NCBI RefSeq assembly: GCF_028368995.1
Contig: NZ_JAQNDL010000001.1
Span: forward strand, 3,744,001-3,808,000
Direction: 5' to 3'
Length of the DNA stretch: 64,000 nucleotides
DNA from: Nannocystis bainbridge
GTDB lineage: Bacteria; Myxococcota_A; Polyangia; Nannocystales; Nannocystaceae
The notes below the pieces were generated by a model, which saw only the letters and a program-made list of their open reading frames with translations, was not told where the DNA came from and made no database searches. Position 1 is the first letter of the stretch, and each line of letters starts with the position of its first letter. Both the position numbers and the translations under genes were made by a program. Shown here piece by piece: positions 30,667 to 40,533 of the stretch.

Positions 30667-33435
30667 ATGGAAACTCGCAATTTGTGCATCAGTTCGCTCG
30701 TCACCTTGCTCACCATAGGCGGCACTCTTGAGTCCGCACAGGCCGCTGCGCCGTTCGCCGCCTTCGAGAGCGGCCAGGTGCGTCCGCTGGCGCTGAACTC
30801 CAGCCGAACCCGGCTTTATGCCGTCAATACTCCCGACAATCGCCTCGAGATCTACAAGATCAAGCACGGCGGCGGCCTCGAGCATGAAGCTTCCGTACCT
30901 GTCGGGCTCGAGCCGGTCGCCGTCGCGGTGCGCAGCGACGACGAAGTATGGGTCGTCAATCACCTCTCGGACAGCGTCAGCATCGTCGATGTCGACGACC
31001 CCACGCCGCACGTCAAGCGGACCCTGCTCGTCGGCGACGAGCCGCGGGACATCGTGTTCGCCGGGCCCGGCAAGTCGCGGGCCTTCATCACCGCCGCCCA
31101 CCGCGGTCAGAACGCCCCGTTCGACCCCAAGCTGACCACCCCCGGCATCGGCCGCGCCGACGTCTGGGTGTTCAACGCCAACAGCCTCGGGAGCAACCTC
31201 GGCGGCAGCCCGCTGACGATCGTCAACCTCTTCAGCGACACCCCGCGGGCCCTCGCCGTCTCGCCGAGCGGCCACCGCGTCTACGCCGCCTCGTTCGTGT
31301 CCGGCAACCGCACCGCCGTCGTCGCGCTCGGCGTCATCCCTGACGGCGGCCAGGGCGTCGGCGGCATCCCCTTGCCGAACGTCAACCACGCCGGCGTGCC
31401 CGAGCCCGACATGAGCCTGATCGTCAAGTACGACGGCAAGCACTGGGTCGACGAGATCGGTCGCTGGTGGGACAGCAAGATCAAGTTCAACCTGCCCGAC
31501 AAGGACGTCTTCGTCATCGACGCCAACGCCGGCACCCCGGCGGTCCTGCCCGGCAACTCCGGGTTTTACCGCAGCGTCGGCACCGTCATCTTCAACATGA
31601 TCGTCAACCCGCAGAGCGGGAAGGTCTACGTCTCCAACACCGAGGCGCGCAACGAGGTCCGCTTCGAGGGCCACGGCGACTTCGCCGGCTCGACCGTGCG
31701 CGGCCACACCGTCGACAACCGCATCACCGTGCTCGGCAGCGGCAACTCGGTCCACCCGCGCGACCTCAACAAGCACATCGACCGCGACGACTGTTGCGAC
31801 GAGATCCCCAACGACACCGGCGCCCTCAGCGTGTCCCAGACCCTCGGCATGGCGATCTCCGCCAACGGCCGCACCCTCTACACCGCCGTCCTCGGCAACG
31901 ACAAGGTCGTCCTCTACGACACCCGCGACCTCGAGGACGACGACCACTGGCCCGACGACATCGACCAGATCGCTGTCAGCGGCGGCGGCCCGACCGGGCT
32001 CGTGCTCGACGAGCAGCGCGATCGTCTGTACGTCCTGACCCGCTTCGACAACGGCATCTCGATCATCGACACCGACGACCGCGAGGAGATCGCCCACGTC
32101 ACCATGCACAACCCCGAGCCGGCGTCGCTGGTGGCCGGGCGGCGCTTCCTCTACGACGCCGCGCTGACCTCGAGCAACGGCGACCAGTCGTGCGCCTCGT
32201 GCCATATCTTCGGCGACAAGGACGAGCTCGCGTGGGACCTCGGCGACCCTGACGGCGACGTCACCGCCCCGCCGAACATCCTCAAGGACTCGTTCTTCGG
32301 CTTCCAGGTCCCGCTGCACCCCAACAAGGGTCCGATGACCACCCAGAGCTTGCGCGGCCTCGCCAACCACGGGCCGATGCACTGGCGCGGCGATCGCAAC
32401 GGCGAGGGTCAGGGCGTCAACGCCCAGCCCAACGGCGGCGCCTTCAGCGAGGTCGCCGCCTTCAACGCCTTCAACGTCGCCTTCGAGGGCCTGCTCGGTC
32501 GCAACGAGCCGCTGACGGCCCAGCAGATGCAGGCGTTCACCGACTTCCAGTTGCAGGTGATGTACCCGCCGAACCCGATCCGCGCGCTCGACGACAGCCT
32601 CAACGCCGACCAGCAGTTCGGCCGCGACTTCTTCATGAACGTCGAGACTTTCTCGTTCTTGCCCGAGCGCAAGTTCACCTGCGAGGGCTGTCACCGGCTC
32701 GACCTCGCCGCCAACCCGACCGACGCTCACCCCGGCTTCTTCGGCAGCGACGGCGAGGTCGTCGGCGGCGAGTTCTCGCAGACCTTCAAGATCCCCCACC
32801 TGCGCAACATGTACACCAAGGTCGGGACCTTCGGCTTCCCCGGCGGCGACCCCGTCTTCAACGACCCGATCGCCAGCGGCTTCTACGACCCGAGCCACAA
32901 GGGCGACCAGATCCGCGGCTTCGGTTACACCCACGACGGCTCGAAGGACACGCCGATGCGGTTCTTCAACGCCTTTGTCGCCACGCCCGTGACCCCCGGC
33001 GGGTTCACCAACTTCGAGCAGATGCGCAAGGTCGCGGAGTTCACGTTCGCCTTCGACACCAACTTCAAGCCGGTCGTCGGCCAGCAGATCAGCCTCACCG
33101 CCAGCAACGGCCCCGTCGTCGGCCCGCGCATCAACCTGCTGCGCCAGCGCGCCGACGCCGGCGACTGCGACCTGATCGCCAAGGCCCACGTCGGCGGCGT
33201 CGAGCTCGGGCTCTTCTACAGCGGCGGCGCCTACGTCACCAGCTTCTCCTCGATCCCGCCGCTCAGCGACGTCGCGGTGCGCTTCCTGGCCCAGACCGGC
33301 AAGCCCGTCACCTACACCTGCACCCCGCCCGGCTCGGGCTACCGCCTCGGCGTCGACCGCGACGGCGACGGCCACCGCGACGGCGACGAGGTCCTTCACC
33401 ACAGCGACCCGGCCGACCCCAGCGACACCCCGTGA
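30667..33435 (+). CDS. Secreted YVTN/YncE beta-propeller protein fused to a di-heme cytochrome c domain
   Basis: Signal peptide, YAVNTPDNRL/VGLEP blades, CASCH and CEGCH heme motifs, C-terminal DRDGDGHRDGDE. Confidence 0.85.
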   Translation: METRNLCISSLVTLLTIGGTLESAQAAAPFAAFESGQVRPLALNSSRTRLYAVNTPDNRLEIYKIKHGGGLEHEASVPVGLEPVAVAVRSDDEVWVVNHLSDSVSIVDVDDPTPHVKRTLLVGDEPRDIVFAGPGKSRAFITAAHRGQNAPFDPKLTTPGIGRADVWVFNANSLGSNLGGSPLTIVNLFSDTPRALAVSPSGHRVYAASFVSGNRTAVVALGVIPDGGQGVGGIPLPNVNHAGVPEPDMSLIVKYDGKHWVDEIGRWWDSKIKFNLPDKDVFVIDANAGTPAVLPGNSGFYRSVGTVIFNMIVNPQSGKVYVSNTEARNEVRFEGHGDFAGSTVRGHTVDNRITVLGSGNSVHPRDLNKHIDRDDCCDEIPNDTGALSVSQTLGMAISANGRTLYTAVLGNDKVVLYDTRDLEDDDHWPDDIDQIAVSGGGPTGLVLDEQRDRLYVLTRFDNGISIIDTDDREEIAHVTMHNPEPASLVAGRRFLYDAALTSSNGDQSCASCHIFGDKDELAWDLGDPDGDVTAPPNILKDSFFGFQVPLHPNKGPMTTQSLRGLANHGPMHWRGDRNGEGQGVNAQPNGGAFSEVAAFNAFNVAFEGLLGRNEPLTAQQMQAFTDFQLQVMYPPNPIRALDDSLNADQQFGRDFFMNVETFSFLPERKFTCEGCHRLDLAANPTDAHPGFFGSDGEVVGGEFSQTFKIPHLRNMYTKVGTFGFPGGDPVFNDPIASGFYDPSHKGDQIRGFGYTHDGSKDTPMRFFNAFVATPVTPGGFTNFEQMRKVAEFTFAFDTNFKPVVGQQISLTASNGPVVGPRINLLRQRADAGDCDLIAKAHVGGVELGLFYSGGAYVTSFSSIPPLSDVAVRFLAQTGKPVTYTCTPPGSGYRLGVDRDGDGHRDGDEVLHHSDPADPSDTP

Positions 33436-33448
33436 GCGGCGGCGCCTG

Positions 33449-33509
33449 CGAGGATATGTCTTTCGGGACATATCCTCGGGGCGCGCGATTCGACCTGTCC
33501 CGAAGGACA
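33449..33509. repeat. Two TGTC-N6-GACA sites, one extended into a 12-bp inverted repeat
   Basis: CGAGGATATGTC-TTTCGG-GACATATCCTCG; second perfect copy at 33496. Confidence 0.8.
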
Positions 33510-33641
33510 TCCATGGCGCGGCCTCGCATCGGGCTCGCGCCGCGCGCAGGTGCACCCCTGTTCAGGACGGCGCCTGCCGCGCGGGAACGCACCTTTCATC
33601 GGCTTCACCGCCGAGGGCGCTCGAGCTGATATCCTCGGCCC

Positions 33642-35720
33642 GTGATCCTCGACCCTCAGCTCGCCCGGCTGGCTGAGTGGTTCGCGGCGCTCCAGGGGCG
33701 AGCCGGCGAGCTGCTCGACCAGCGTTTGCGCGGAGACTGCCTCGGCGGCCTGGAGCAGGTGGCGCTGACGCTCGAGCAGCAGATACAGCCGCCGCTCGCG
33801 CCGGAGGAGGCGCTCGTCACCCTCGCGGACGACGACAACCGCCACCCGCTGTCGCGCACGCGCTGGCGGGCGGTGCTCGAGCACGAGATCCGGCCGGCCA
33901 TCCACGGCGCCCGCGACACCCTCACCGCCACCGCCGCCTCCTTCTCCGAGGGCATGGCGGCCGCCGGGCTGCTGACCGACCTCGCGCGCACCGTCGCCGA
34001 GGAGCCCGAGATCTACTTCCTCGAGCGCGCCGCCCCGGACGACGGCGACGACGCCCCGACCGAGCCGGAGCAGATCGCCGTGCCGCTGCGCCGCTGGCTC
34101 GGCGAGGTGTTCGCCGAGCCGGTGCGCGGCCTCGTCGAGGAGCTCACGCGCCGCGCCGCCGCCCTCGCCCGCGACGCCGCCGCCGAGCTCGAGCGCATCG
34201 AAACCGTGCTCGACTACCACCTCTTCATCGTCGAGGACAGCCGCGAGGTCGACGCGCGCGACGAGTCGGCCCACACCGGCCTCGGCCACGCGATCCGCCT
34301 GGTGCGCGCGCTGTCCGAGCGGACCGCTCGCGGCGTCCGGCGCCTGTTCGAGTGGTTCGTCGCCGAGAGCTCCGCGCGCATGGACGACGCCCTCGCCCCG
34401 CTGCGCACCCACCGGCCCGACGAGCTCCTGCAGCAGCTCGAGGCGCGCGCTGCCCGGTCGCGCGCCTCGTGGCTCCGAGCCCAGCGCGACCGCGCACGCC
34501 TCGGCGCTCTGGCGCTCTACGGTCGCGCCGCGCCGGTAGTCCGCGAGCTGGCCCAGGACGTGCGCCGCACCTTCACCGGCGAGGGCCCGCGGGTCGGCTA
34601 CTGGGACCTCCTGATCGCCGGAGAGAACCGCGCCGGCAGCCTGCCCGCGATCTACCGGCGCCTGTTCGGCGAGGTCCCGCTCGGCCTGTCGGACCTCTAC
34701 CAGCACCGCCTGCGCCTCGAGGCCCCGTGCCGCGAGGTGTTCCAGACCTGGCTCGCCGGCCAGCGCGTCGCCTTGCTCGTCACCGGCGATCGCGGGGCCG
34801 GCAAGCGCACCCTCGTCAACCGCGTGCGCGCCGAGCTGCACGGCGAGCTCCCGGTCCACTGGATCTCCATGGGCCCGCACCTGGCCAGCGAGGCCCGCCT
34901 GTGCGCCGCCCTGTGCGAGGCCACCGGCGCCCCCTACGCCGGCAGCTTCCGCGAGTTCGCGCGGACCGTCCCGCTGATCGGCGGGCGGCGGGTGCTGATC
35001 CTCGAGAACGCCGAGCAGCTGTTCGTGCGCACCCCCGAGGGCCTCGCGCGCATGCAGGCCTTCCTCGACCTGGTCCGCGGCACCGACGAGGCGATCCTGT
35101 GGGTCGTGTTGATGGCCGCGCCCGCGGCCACGCTGCTCGAGACCTGCCTGCGGCTGCCGCTGTACTTCGGCCAGGTCGTGCACGTCCCGGCCGAGAGCGG
35201 GCGCTTCATCGAGAGCATGATCCGCTCGCGCCACCGCGTCAGCGGCTTCGGCCTCGGCTTCCGCGAGCGCCGCGCCCCCGCGCTACAGCGGCTGCGGCGG
35301 CCGTTCACCCGCGCCGACATGCTGCCCGACCCGGGCGAGGAGTGGTTCACCGACCTCGAGCGCATGTGCGGCGGCAACCTGCGGCAGGCGCTCGACTACT
35401 GGCTGCTCTCGGCCCGCCTCGACGCCAAGACCCAACACGACATCCTCGTGCGCCCGCTGCCGCGCCGCCGCGGCACCGCGCTGAACGACCTGTCGCTGCC
35501 GCAGCGGCAGGTGCTGGTCAGCCTGGTCCAGCACGGCGCGCTGACCGAGGGGCAGCTGCAGGAGATCGTGCGCACCACGGCCGGCGGCATCGGTCCCGAG
35601 ATCGACGACCTGCGCCGGCGCCACCTCGTCGACCAGGGCGGGCCCGGCGGCTTCCTCACTCTCCGTCCCACCGCCGTCGGCCCCGTCACCCACGACCTCC
35701 GCTGGCGCAGCATGATCTGA
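33642..35720 (+). CDS. P-loop/AAA-like protein with helical N-terminus and probable C-terminal winged helix
   Basis: Walker A GDRGAGKRT, Walker B-like VLILENAE, GGNLRQAL. Confidence 0.75.
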   Translation: MILDPQLARLAEWFAALQGRAGELLDQRLRGDCLGGLEQVALTLEQQIQPPLAPEEALVTLADDDNRHPLSRTRWRAVLEHEIRPAIHGARDTLTATAASFSEGMAAAGLLTDLARTVAEEPEIYFLERAAPDDGDDAPTEPEQIAVPLRRWLGEVFAEPVRGLVEELTRRAAALARDAAAELERIETVLDYHLFIVEDSREVDARDESAHTGLGHAIRLVRALSERTARGVRRLFEWFVAESSARMDDALAPLRTHRPDELLQQLEARAARSRASWLRAQRDRARLGALALYGRAAPVVRELAQDVRRTFTGEGPRVGYWDLLIAGENRAGSLPAIYRRLFGEVPLGLSDLYQHRLRLEAPCREVFQTWLAGQRVALLVTGDRGAGKRTLVNRVRAELHGELPVHWISMGPHLASEARLCAALCEATGAPYAGSFREFARTVPLIGGRRVLILENAEQLFVRTPEGLARMQAFLDLVRGTDEAILWVVLMAAPAATLLETCLRLPLYFGQVVHVPAESGRFIESMIRSRHRVSGFGLGFRERRAPALQRLRRPFTRADMLPDPGEEWFTDLERMCGGNLRQALDYWLLSARLDAKTQHDILVRPLPRRRGTALNDLSLPQRQVLVSLVQHGALTEGQLQEIVRTTAGGIGPEIDDLRRRHLVDQGGPGGFLTLRPTAVGPVTHDLRWRSMI

Positions 35721-35765
35721 CCCTCAGGACATGTCCTTTTGACCATGGTCTTCGGCACAGCCGTC

Positions 35766-37997
35766 ATGACGCTCACGGACACCGCCGCCCAGGCCGGCGC
35801 AGCCGGCGAGGTGGTCCTCAAGTCGCTCGGGCACCACGCGGTGTTCTTGCTGCTGCTGCAGCTCGCGGTGCTGCTGGCGACCGCGCGGCTGCTCGGCGAG
35901 CTGCTGCGCAAGTTGAAGCAGCCGGCGGTGATCGGCGAGCTGGCCGCCGGGGTGCTGCTCGGGCCCTCCGTGCTCGGCGCGCTGGCGCCCGAGCTGCAGC
36001 ATTACGTGTTCCCGCGCGACCAGCACCAGGCCGACCTGCTGTCGGTGGTGTCGTGGCTCGGCGTCCTGTTCCTCATCATCGTCACCGGGCTCGAGACCGA
36101 CATCGGCCTCATCAAGCGCCGGGGCAAGAGCGCGCTGCTGATCTCGAGCTGCGGGATCACCATCCCGCTGCTCGCCGGCGCCACCTTCGGCTGGTACTTG
36201 CCCGAGGTCTACCTGGCCGACCCGAGCAAGCGGCTGGTGTTCGCGCTGTTCATGGCGGTGTCGATGAGCATCTGCGCGGTCCCGGTGATCGCCAAGGTGC
36301 TGATGGACCTCAAGCTGATCCGGCGCGACATCGGCCAGCTGATCCTCGCCTCGGCGATGACCGACGACACCGTCGGGTGGATCCTGCTCGCCGTCGTCGC
36401 CGGCCTCGCCACCGCCGGGCAGGTCGACCCGGTCTCCGTCGCCGAGGCCGTCGGCGGCGCGCTGGTGTTCCTCGGCCTGATGTTGACCGTCGGCGTGCCG
36501 ATCGTCGCGCGCATCATCTCCGGCGTCGACCGGCGGATCGGCGGCGTCAACGCCCAGACCTCGCTGGTCATCGCCCTCGCCCTCGGGGCCGCCGCGCTGA
36601 CCCACCAGATGGGCATCGAGGCCGTGCTCGGCGCCTTCGCCATCGGCATCCTCGCCGGCCAGGCCCCGCGGTTCCGCCGCGAGGTCGGGCACACCCTCGA
36701 GGTCGTCACCGCCAGCTTCCTCGCCCCGATCTTCTTCGCGTCGGCCGGCGTCAAGGTCGACCTCGCGCGGCTCGCCAACCAGGAGGTCGCGCTCGTCGGC
36801 CTCGCCGTGCTCGGGCTCGCGTGCGCGTGCAAGATCGCCGGCGTCTACGTCGGCGCCGCCCTGGCCCGCCTGACGCACTGGGAGCGGCTGGCCATGGGCT
36901 TCGGCATGAACGCCCGCGGCGCCATGGAGATCGTCGTCGCCACCGTCGGCCTCGGCCTCGGCATCCTCACCATCGAGCTCTACTCGATCATCGTCATGGT
37001 CGCGATCGTGACCTCGATGATGGCGCCGCCGATGCTGCGGTGGGCGCTGTCGCGGGTGAAGATGGGCGAGAGCGAGGCGCGGCGGCTCGAGGCCGAGGCG
37101 ATCGCCGCCAGCAGCTTCATCCGCCAGATCCGCCGGGTCCTGCTCGTCACCCGGCACGCGCACAGCTTCGACCTGCCGGCGCAGATCATCGGCTACATCA
37201 GCCACAAGCAGCCGATCGAGGCCACCGCCGTGTACGCCCGGCCGCTGGCCGTGCGGCGCCCGTGGTGGCAGTTCTGGAGCCGTCGCGGCCGGCGTTACGC
37301 GGCGGTCGGCGCCAAGGCGCTCGAGCGGATCGGCCGGCCGCTGCGGCTGCTCAAGGGTTCGCGGCCCGAGCTCAAGATCATCAGCGACCCTGACCCGGCC
37401 GAGCAGGTGTTGACCGAGGCGCACCGCGACTACGAGCTGCTGGTGCTGGGCGAGGTCCACCGCGGCACCGAGGCGCTGTTCGGGCCGATGGCCGACCGCA
37501 TCATCCACAAGGCCCCGTGCCCGACCCTGATCGTGCGCGAGCCGGCGCGGGAGCTCGTGCCCGGGCAGCCGCCGCTCTATCGCCTGTGGTCGCCGAAGAA
37601 GATCCTCGTGCCCACCGTCGGCACCGAGTACAGCAAGAACGCCGTCGAGCTCGCGGCCGTGCTCGCGGCCAGCACCAAGGCCGAGGTCACGATCCTCCAC
37701 ATCTCGCGCACCGGCTCGAACGACGTCGACTCCGCGCGGCCGCACGAGATCGGCGCTCAGATCGTCGCTCGCGAGGCCGAGCGGGCCAAGAAGTTCGGCG
37801 CCAGCGTCGAGACCGTCGTCCTCGAGGGCGCCCGGCCCGAAGAGGACATCGTCCACCTGGCCGCGCAGGGGAGCTTCGACCTCATCGTGCTCGGCAGCAG
37901 CCTGCGCGCCGTCTCGGCCCGCGCCTTCTTCGGCCACCGCGTCGAGAGCGTGCTGAAGAACGCCCCCTGCCCGGTCCTGCTGCTGAGCGCCGGTTGA
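35766..37997 (+). CDS. Cation:proton antiporter (CPA2/Kef-type) with C-terminal universal stress protein domains, copy 1
   Basis: QPAVIGELAAGVLLGPS, TDDTVGW, MNARGAME, KILVPT, FFGHRVESVLKNAPCPV; start uncertain (35739-35766). Confidence 0.9.
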   Translation: MTLTDTAAQAGAAGEVVLKSLGHHAVFLLLLQLAVLLATARLLGELLRKLKQPAVIGELAAGVLLGPSVLGALAPELQHYVFPRDQHQADLLSVVSWLGVLFLIIVTGLETDIGLIKRRGKSALLISSCGITIPLLAGATFGWYLPEVYLADPSKRLVFALFMAVSMSICAVPVIAKVLMDLKLIRRDIGQLILASAMTDDTVGWILLAVVAGLATAGQVDPVSVAEAVGGALVFLGLMLTVGVPIVARIISGVDRRIGGVNAQTSLVIALALGAAALTHQMGIEAVLGAFAIGILAGQAPRFRREVGHTLEVVTASFLAPIFFASAGVKVDLARLANQEVALVGLAVLGLACACKIAGVYVGAALARLTHWERLAMGFGMNARGAMEIVVATVGLGLGILTIELYSIIVMVAIVTSMMAPPMLRWALSRVKMGESEARRLEAEAIAASSFIRQIRRVLLVTRHAHSFDLPAQIIGYISHKQPIEATAVYARPLAVRRPWWQFWSRRGRRYAAVGAKALERIGRPLRLLKGSRPELKIISDPDPAEQVLTEAHRDYELLVLGEVHRGTEALFGPMADRIIHKAPCPTLIVREPARELVPGQPPLYRLWSPKKILVPTVGTEYSKNAVELAAVLAASTKAEVTILHISRTGSNDVDSARPHEIGAQIVAREAERAKKFGASVETVVLEGARPEEDIVHLAAQGSFDLIVLGSSLRAVSARAFFGHRVESVLKNAPCPVLLLSAG

Positions 37998-38156
37998 TCT
38001 GGCCGCGTGGCTCGAAATAGCCCGGCGATGGCGCGCTTCACGAAGCGCGCTTCGTGATACATAAAATTCCGAGGATCACCGTCGCGACCGGTCTCGCCGG
38101 GGGCTTTCGCGGCATCGACCCCTCCCGGGCGCGTCCTGAGCGGACCTGAGGCACCT

Positions 38157-40451
38157 GTGACGGCGACCATGTCCTTCTGCGCCACCCTCGCGTCCTCCTT
38201 CGATCTCTCGCTGCTCGCGGCCCTGAGCGAGCCCGCGGCCGAGGCTGCGGCCGCCGCCCCGGCCGTCCTCAAGGGCCTGTCGCACCACGCCGTCCTCATG
38301 CTGCTGGTGCAGATCGCCGTGCTGTTGGCGACCGCGCGCTTCCTCGGCGAGATCATGCGCAAGTTGAAGCAGCCGCCGGTGGTCGGCGAGCTGATGGCGG
38401 GCGTCGTGCTCGGGCCCTCGGTGCTCGGCATCGCCTGGCCCGAGGCGCAGCACCTGCTGTTCCCCAAGGACCAGCACCTCGCCGACCTGCTGTCCGCGAT
38501 CTCGTGGATCGGCGTGCTGTTCCTGCTGATCTGCACCGGCCTCGAGACCGACCTCGGCCTCATCAAGCGGCGCGGCAAGACGGCGCTGATGATCTCGGCC
38601 GGCGGCATTTTGGTCCCGTTCGCCACCGGCTTCGCCCTGGGTCAGTTCATCGACTCGGCCTACCTCGCCAACCCTGACATGCGGCTGGTGTTCAGCCTGT
38701 TCATGGCCGTGGCGATGAGCATCTCGGCGGTGCCGGTGATCGCCAAGGTCCTGATGGACCTCAAGTTGATCCGGCGCGACATCGGTCAGCTGATTTTGGC
38801 CGCGGCGATGACCGACGACACCATCGGGTGGATCTTGCTCGCGGTGGTCGCCGGCCTGGCCAAGACCGGCGTGGTCGACGTCGTCACCGCGCTCAAGTCG
38901 GTCGGCGGCGCGGTCGTCTTCATGCTGTTCGCCTTCACGCTCGGCGCGCCGCTGATCGCCCGGGTCATGGCCACCGTCGACAAGCGGTTCGGCGGCGCCG
39001 GCTCGCAGATGTCATTGGTCCTGGCGCTCGCGTTCGCCACCGCCGCCTTGACCCACGAGATGGGCATCGAGGCCGTGCTCGGCGCCTTCACTGTCGGCAT
39101 CCTCGCCGGTCAGGCTCCGCGGTTCCGCCACGAGGTCGGGCACACCCTCGAGCTCGTCACCGCCAGCTTCCTCGCCCCGATCTTCTTCGCCTCGGCTGGC
39201 GTCAAGGTCGACCTCATGCGCCTCGCCGACCCCGAGGTCGCCCTCGTCGGCGCCGTCGTGCTCGCCATCGCCTGCTTCGGCAAGTTCGTCGGCTGCTATC
39301 TCGGCGCCTGGGCGTGCAAGATTCCCCACTGGGAGCGGCTCGCGCTCGGCTCCGGCATGAACGCCCGCGGCGCCATGGAGATCATCGTCGCCACCATCGG
39401 CCTCAGCCTCGGCGTCCTCACCGTCGAGATGTACTCGATCGTCGTCATGGTCGCGATCGCCACCTCGCTGATGGCCCCGCCGCTGCTGCGCTGGACCCTC
39501 TCCAAGGTCCGCATGGGCGAGACCGAGGCCAAGCGGCTCGAGATGGAGGCGCTGGCGGCCAGCAGCTTCATCCGCCAGGTGCGGCGCGTCCTGCTGGTCG
39601 GGCGCAGCGCCACCCGCTTCGACCTGCCGGCGCAGATCCTCGGCTACCTCAGCCACAAGCAGCCGATCGAGGTCACCGCCGTCTACGCCCGGCCGCAGGC
39701 GGTGCGGACCCCGTGGTGGCGCGGCCTGACGCGGCCGGTGCGGCGGTTCCACGCCGCCGGGGCCAAGGCGCTCGAGCGGATCGGTCGGCCGCTGCGGCTG
39801 CTCAAGGGTTCGCGGCCCGAGCTCAAGGTCATCAGCGACCCTGACCCGGCCGAGCAGGTGTTGGCCGAGGCTGCGCGCGACTACGAGCTCGTCGTGCTCG
39901 GCGAGAGCCACCGCAGCACCGAGGCGCTGTTCGGGCCGATGGCCGACCGCATCATCCACAAGTCGCCGTGCCCGACCCTGGTCGTGCGCGAGCCGGCGAC
40001 CCGGCCGAGCGAGGGCGGCAAGCCGCCGCTGTACCGCGTGTGGACGCCGAAGAAGATCCTCGTGCCGACTGTCGGCACCGAGTACAGCAAGAACGCCGTC
40101 GAGCTCGCGGCCGTGCTCGCCGTCAGCACCAAGGCCGAGGTCACGATCATCCACATCTCGCGCACCGGCTCGAACGACGTCGACAGCGCGCGGCCGCACG
40201 AGATCGGCGCCCAGATCGTCGCCCGCGAGGCCGAGCGGGCCAAGAAGTTCGGCGCCAGCGTCGAGACCGTCGTCACCGAGGGCGCGCGACCCGAGGAGGA
40301 CATCGTCCGCATCGCCGCGCAGGGCGGCTACGACCTGCTCGTCATCGGCAGCAGCCTGCGCGCCGTCTCGGCCCGGGCCTTCTTCGGCCACCGGGTCGAG
40401 AACATGCTGAAGAACGCGCCCTGCCCGGTCGTGCTGCTCAGCGCCGGCTGA
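38157..40451 (+). CDS. Cation:proton antiporter with USP domains, copy 2 (tandem paralog)
   Basis: Same motifs as copy 1; long near-identical nucleotide blocks. Confidence 0.9.
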   Translation: MTATMSFCATLASSFDLSLLAALSEPAAEAAAAAPAVLKGLSHHAVLMLLVQIAVLLATARFLGEIMRKLKQPPVVGELMAGVVLGPSVLGIAWPEAQHLLFPKDQHLADLLSAISWIGVLFLLICTGLETDLGLIKRRGKTALMISAGGILVPFATGFALGQFIDSAYLANPDMRLVFSLFMAVAMSISAVPVIAKVLMDLKLIRRDIGQLILAAAMTDDTIGWILLAVVAGLAKTGVVDVVTALKSVGGAVVFMLFAFTLGAPLIARVMATVDKRFGGAGSQMSLVLALAFATAALTHEMGIEAVLGAFTVGILAGQAPRFRHEVGHTLELVTASFLAPIFFASAGVKVDLMRLADPEVALVGAVVLAIACFGKFVGCYLGAWACKIPHWERLALGSGMNARGAMEIIVATIGLSLGVLTVEMYSIVVMVAIATSLMAPPLLRWTLSKVRMGETEAKRLEMEALAASSFIRQVRRVLLVGRSATRFDLPAQILGYLSHKQPIEVTAVYARPQAVRTPWWRGLTRPVRRFHAAGAKALERIGRPLRLLKGSRPELKVISDPDPAEQVLAEAARDYELVVLGESHRSTEALFGPMADRIIHKSPCPTLVVREPATRPSEGGKPPLYRVWTPKKILVPTVGTEYSKNAVELAAVLAVSTKAEVTIIHISRTGSNDVDSARPHEIGAQIVAREAERAKKFGASVETVVTEGARPEEDIVRIAAQGGYDLLVIGSSLRAVSARAFFGHRVENMLKNAPCPVVLLSAG

Positions 40452-40459
40452 GCCGCGGA

Positions 40460-40529
40460 TGCGCGAAGGGACATGCCCTCGCGGGCATGTCCCTTCATTC
40501 ATGTCCTGGAGGGCATGCCCTCCGGACCA
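40460..40529. repeat. Phased 14-bp array containing a 14-bp perfect hairpin at a convergent junction
   Basis: Units 40460, 40474, 40488, 40502, 40516; GAAGGGACATGCCC-TCGC-GGGCATGTCCCTTC. Confidence 0.85.
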
Positions 40530-40533
40530 GGCA

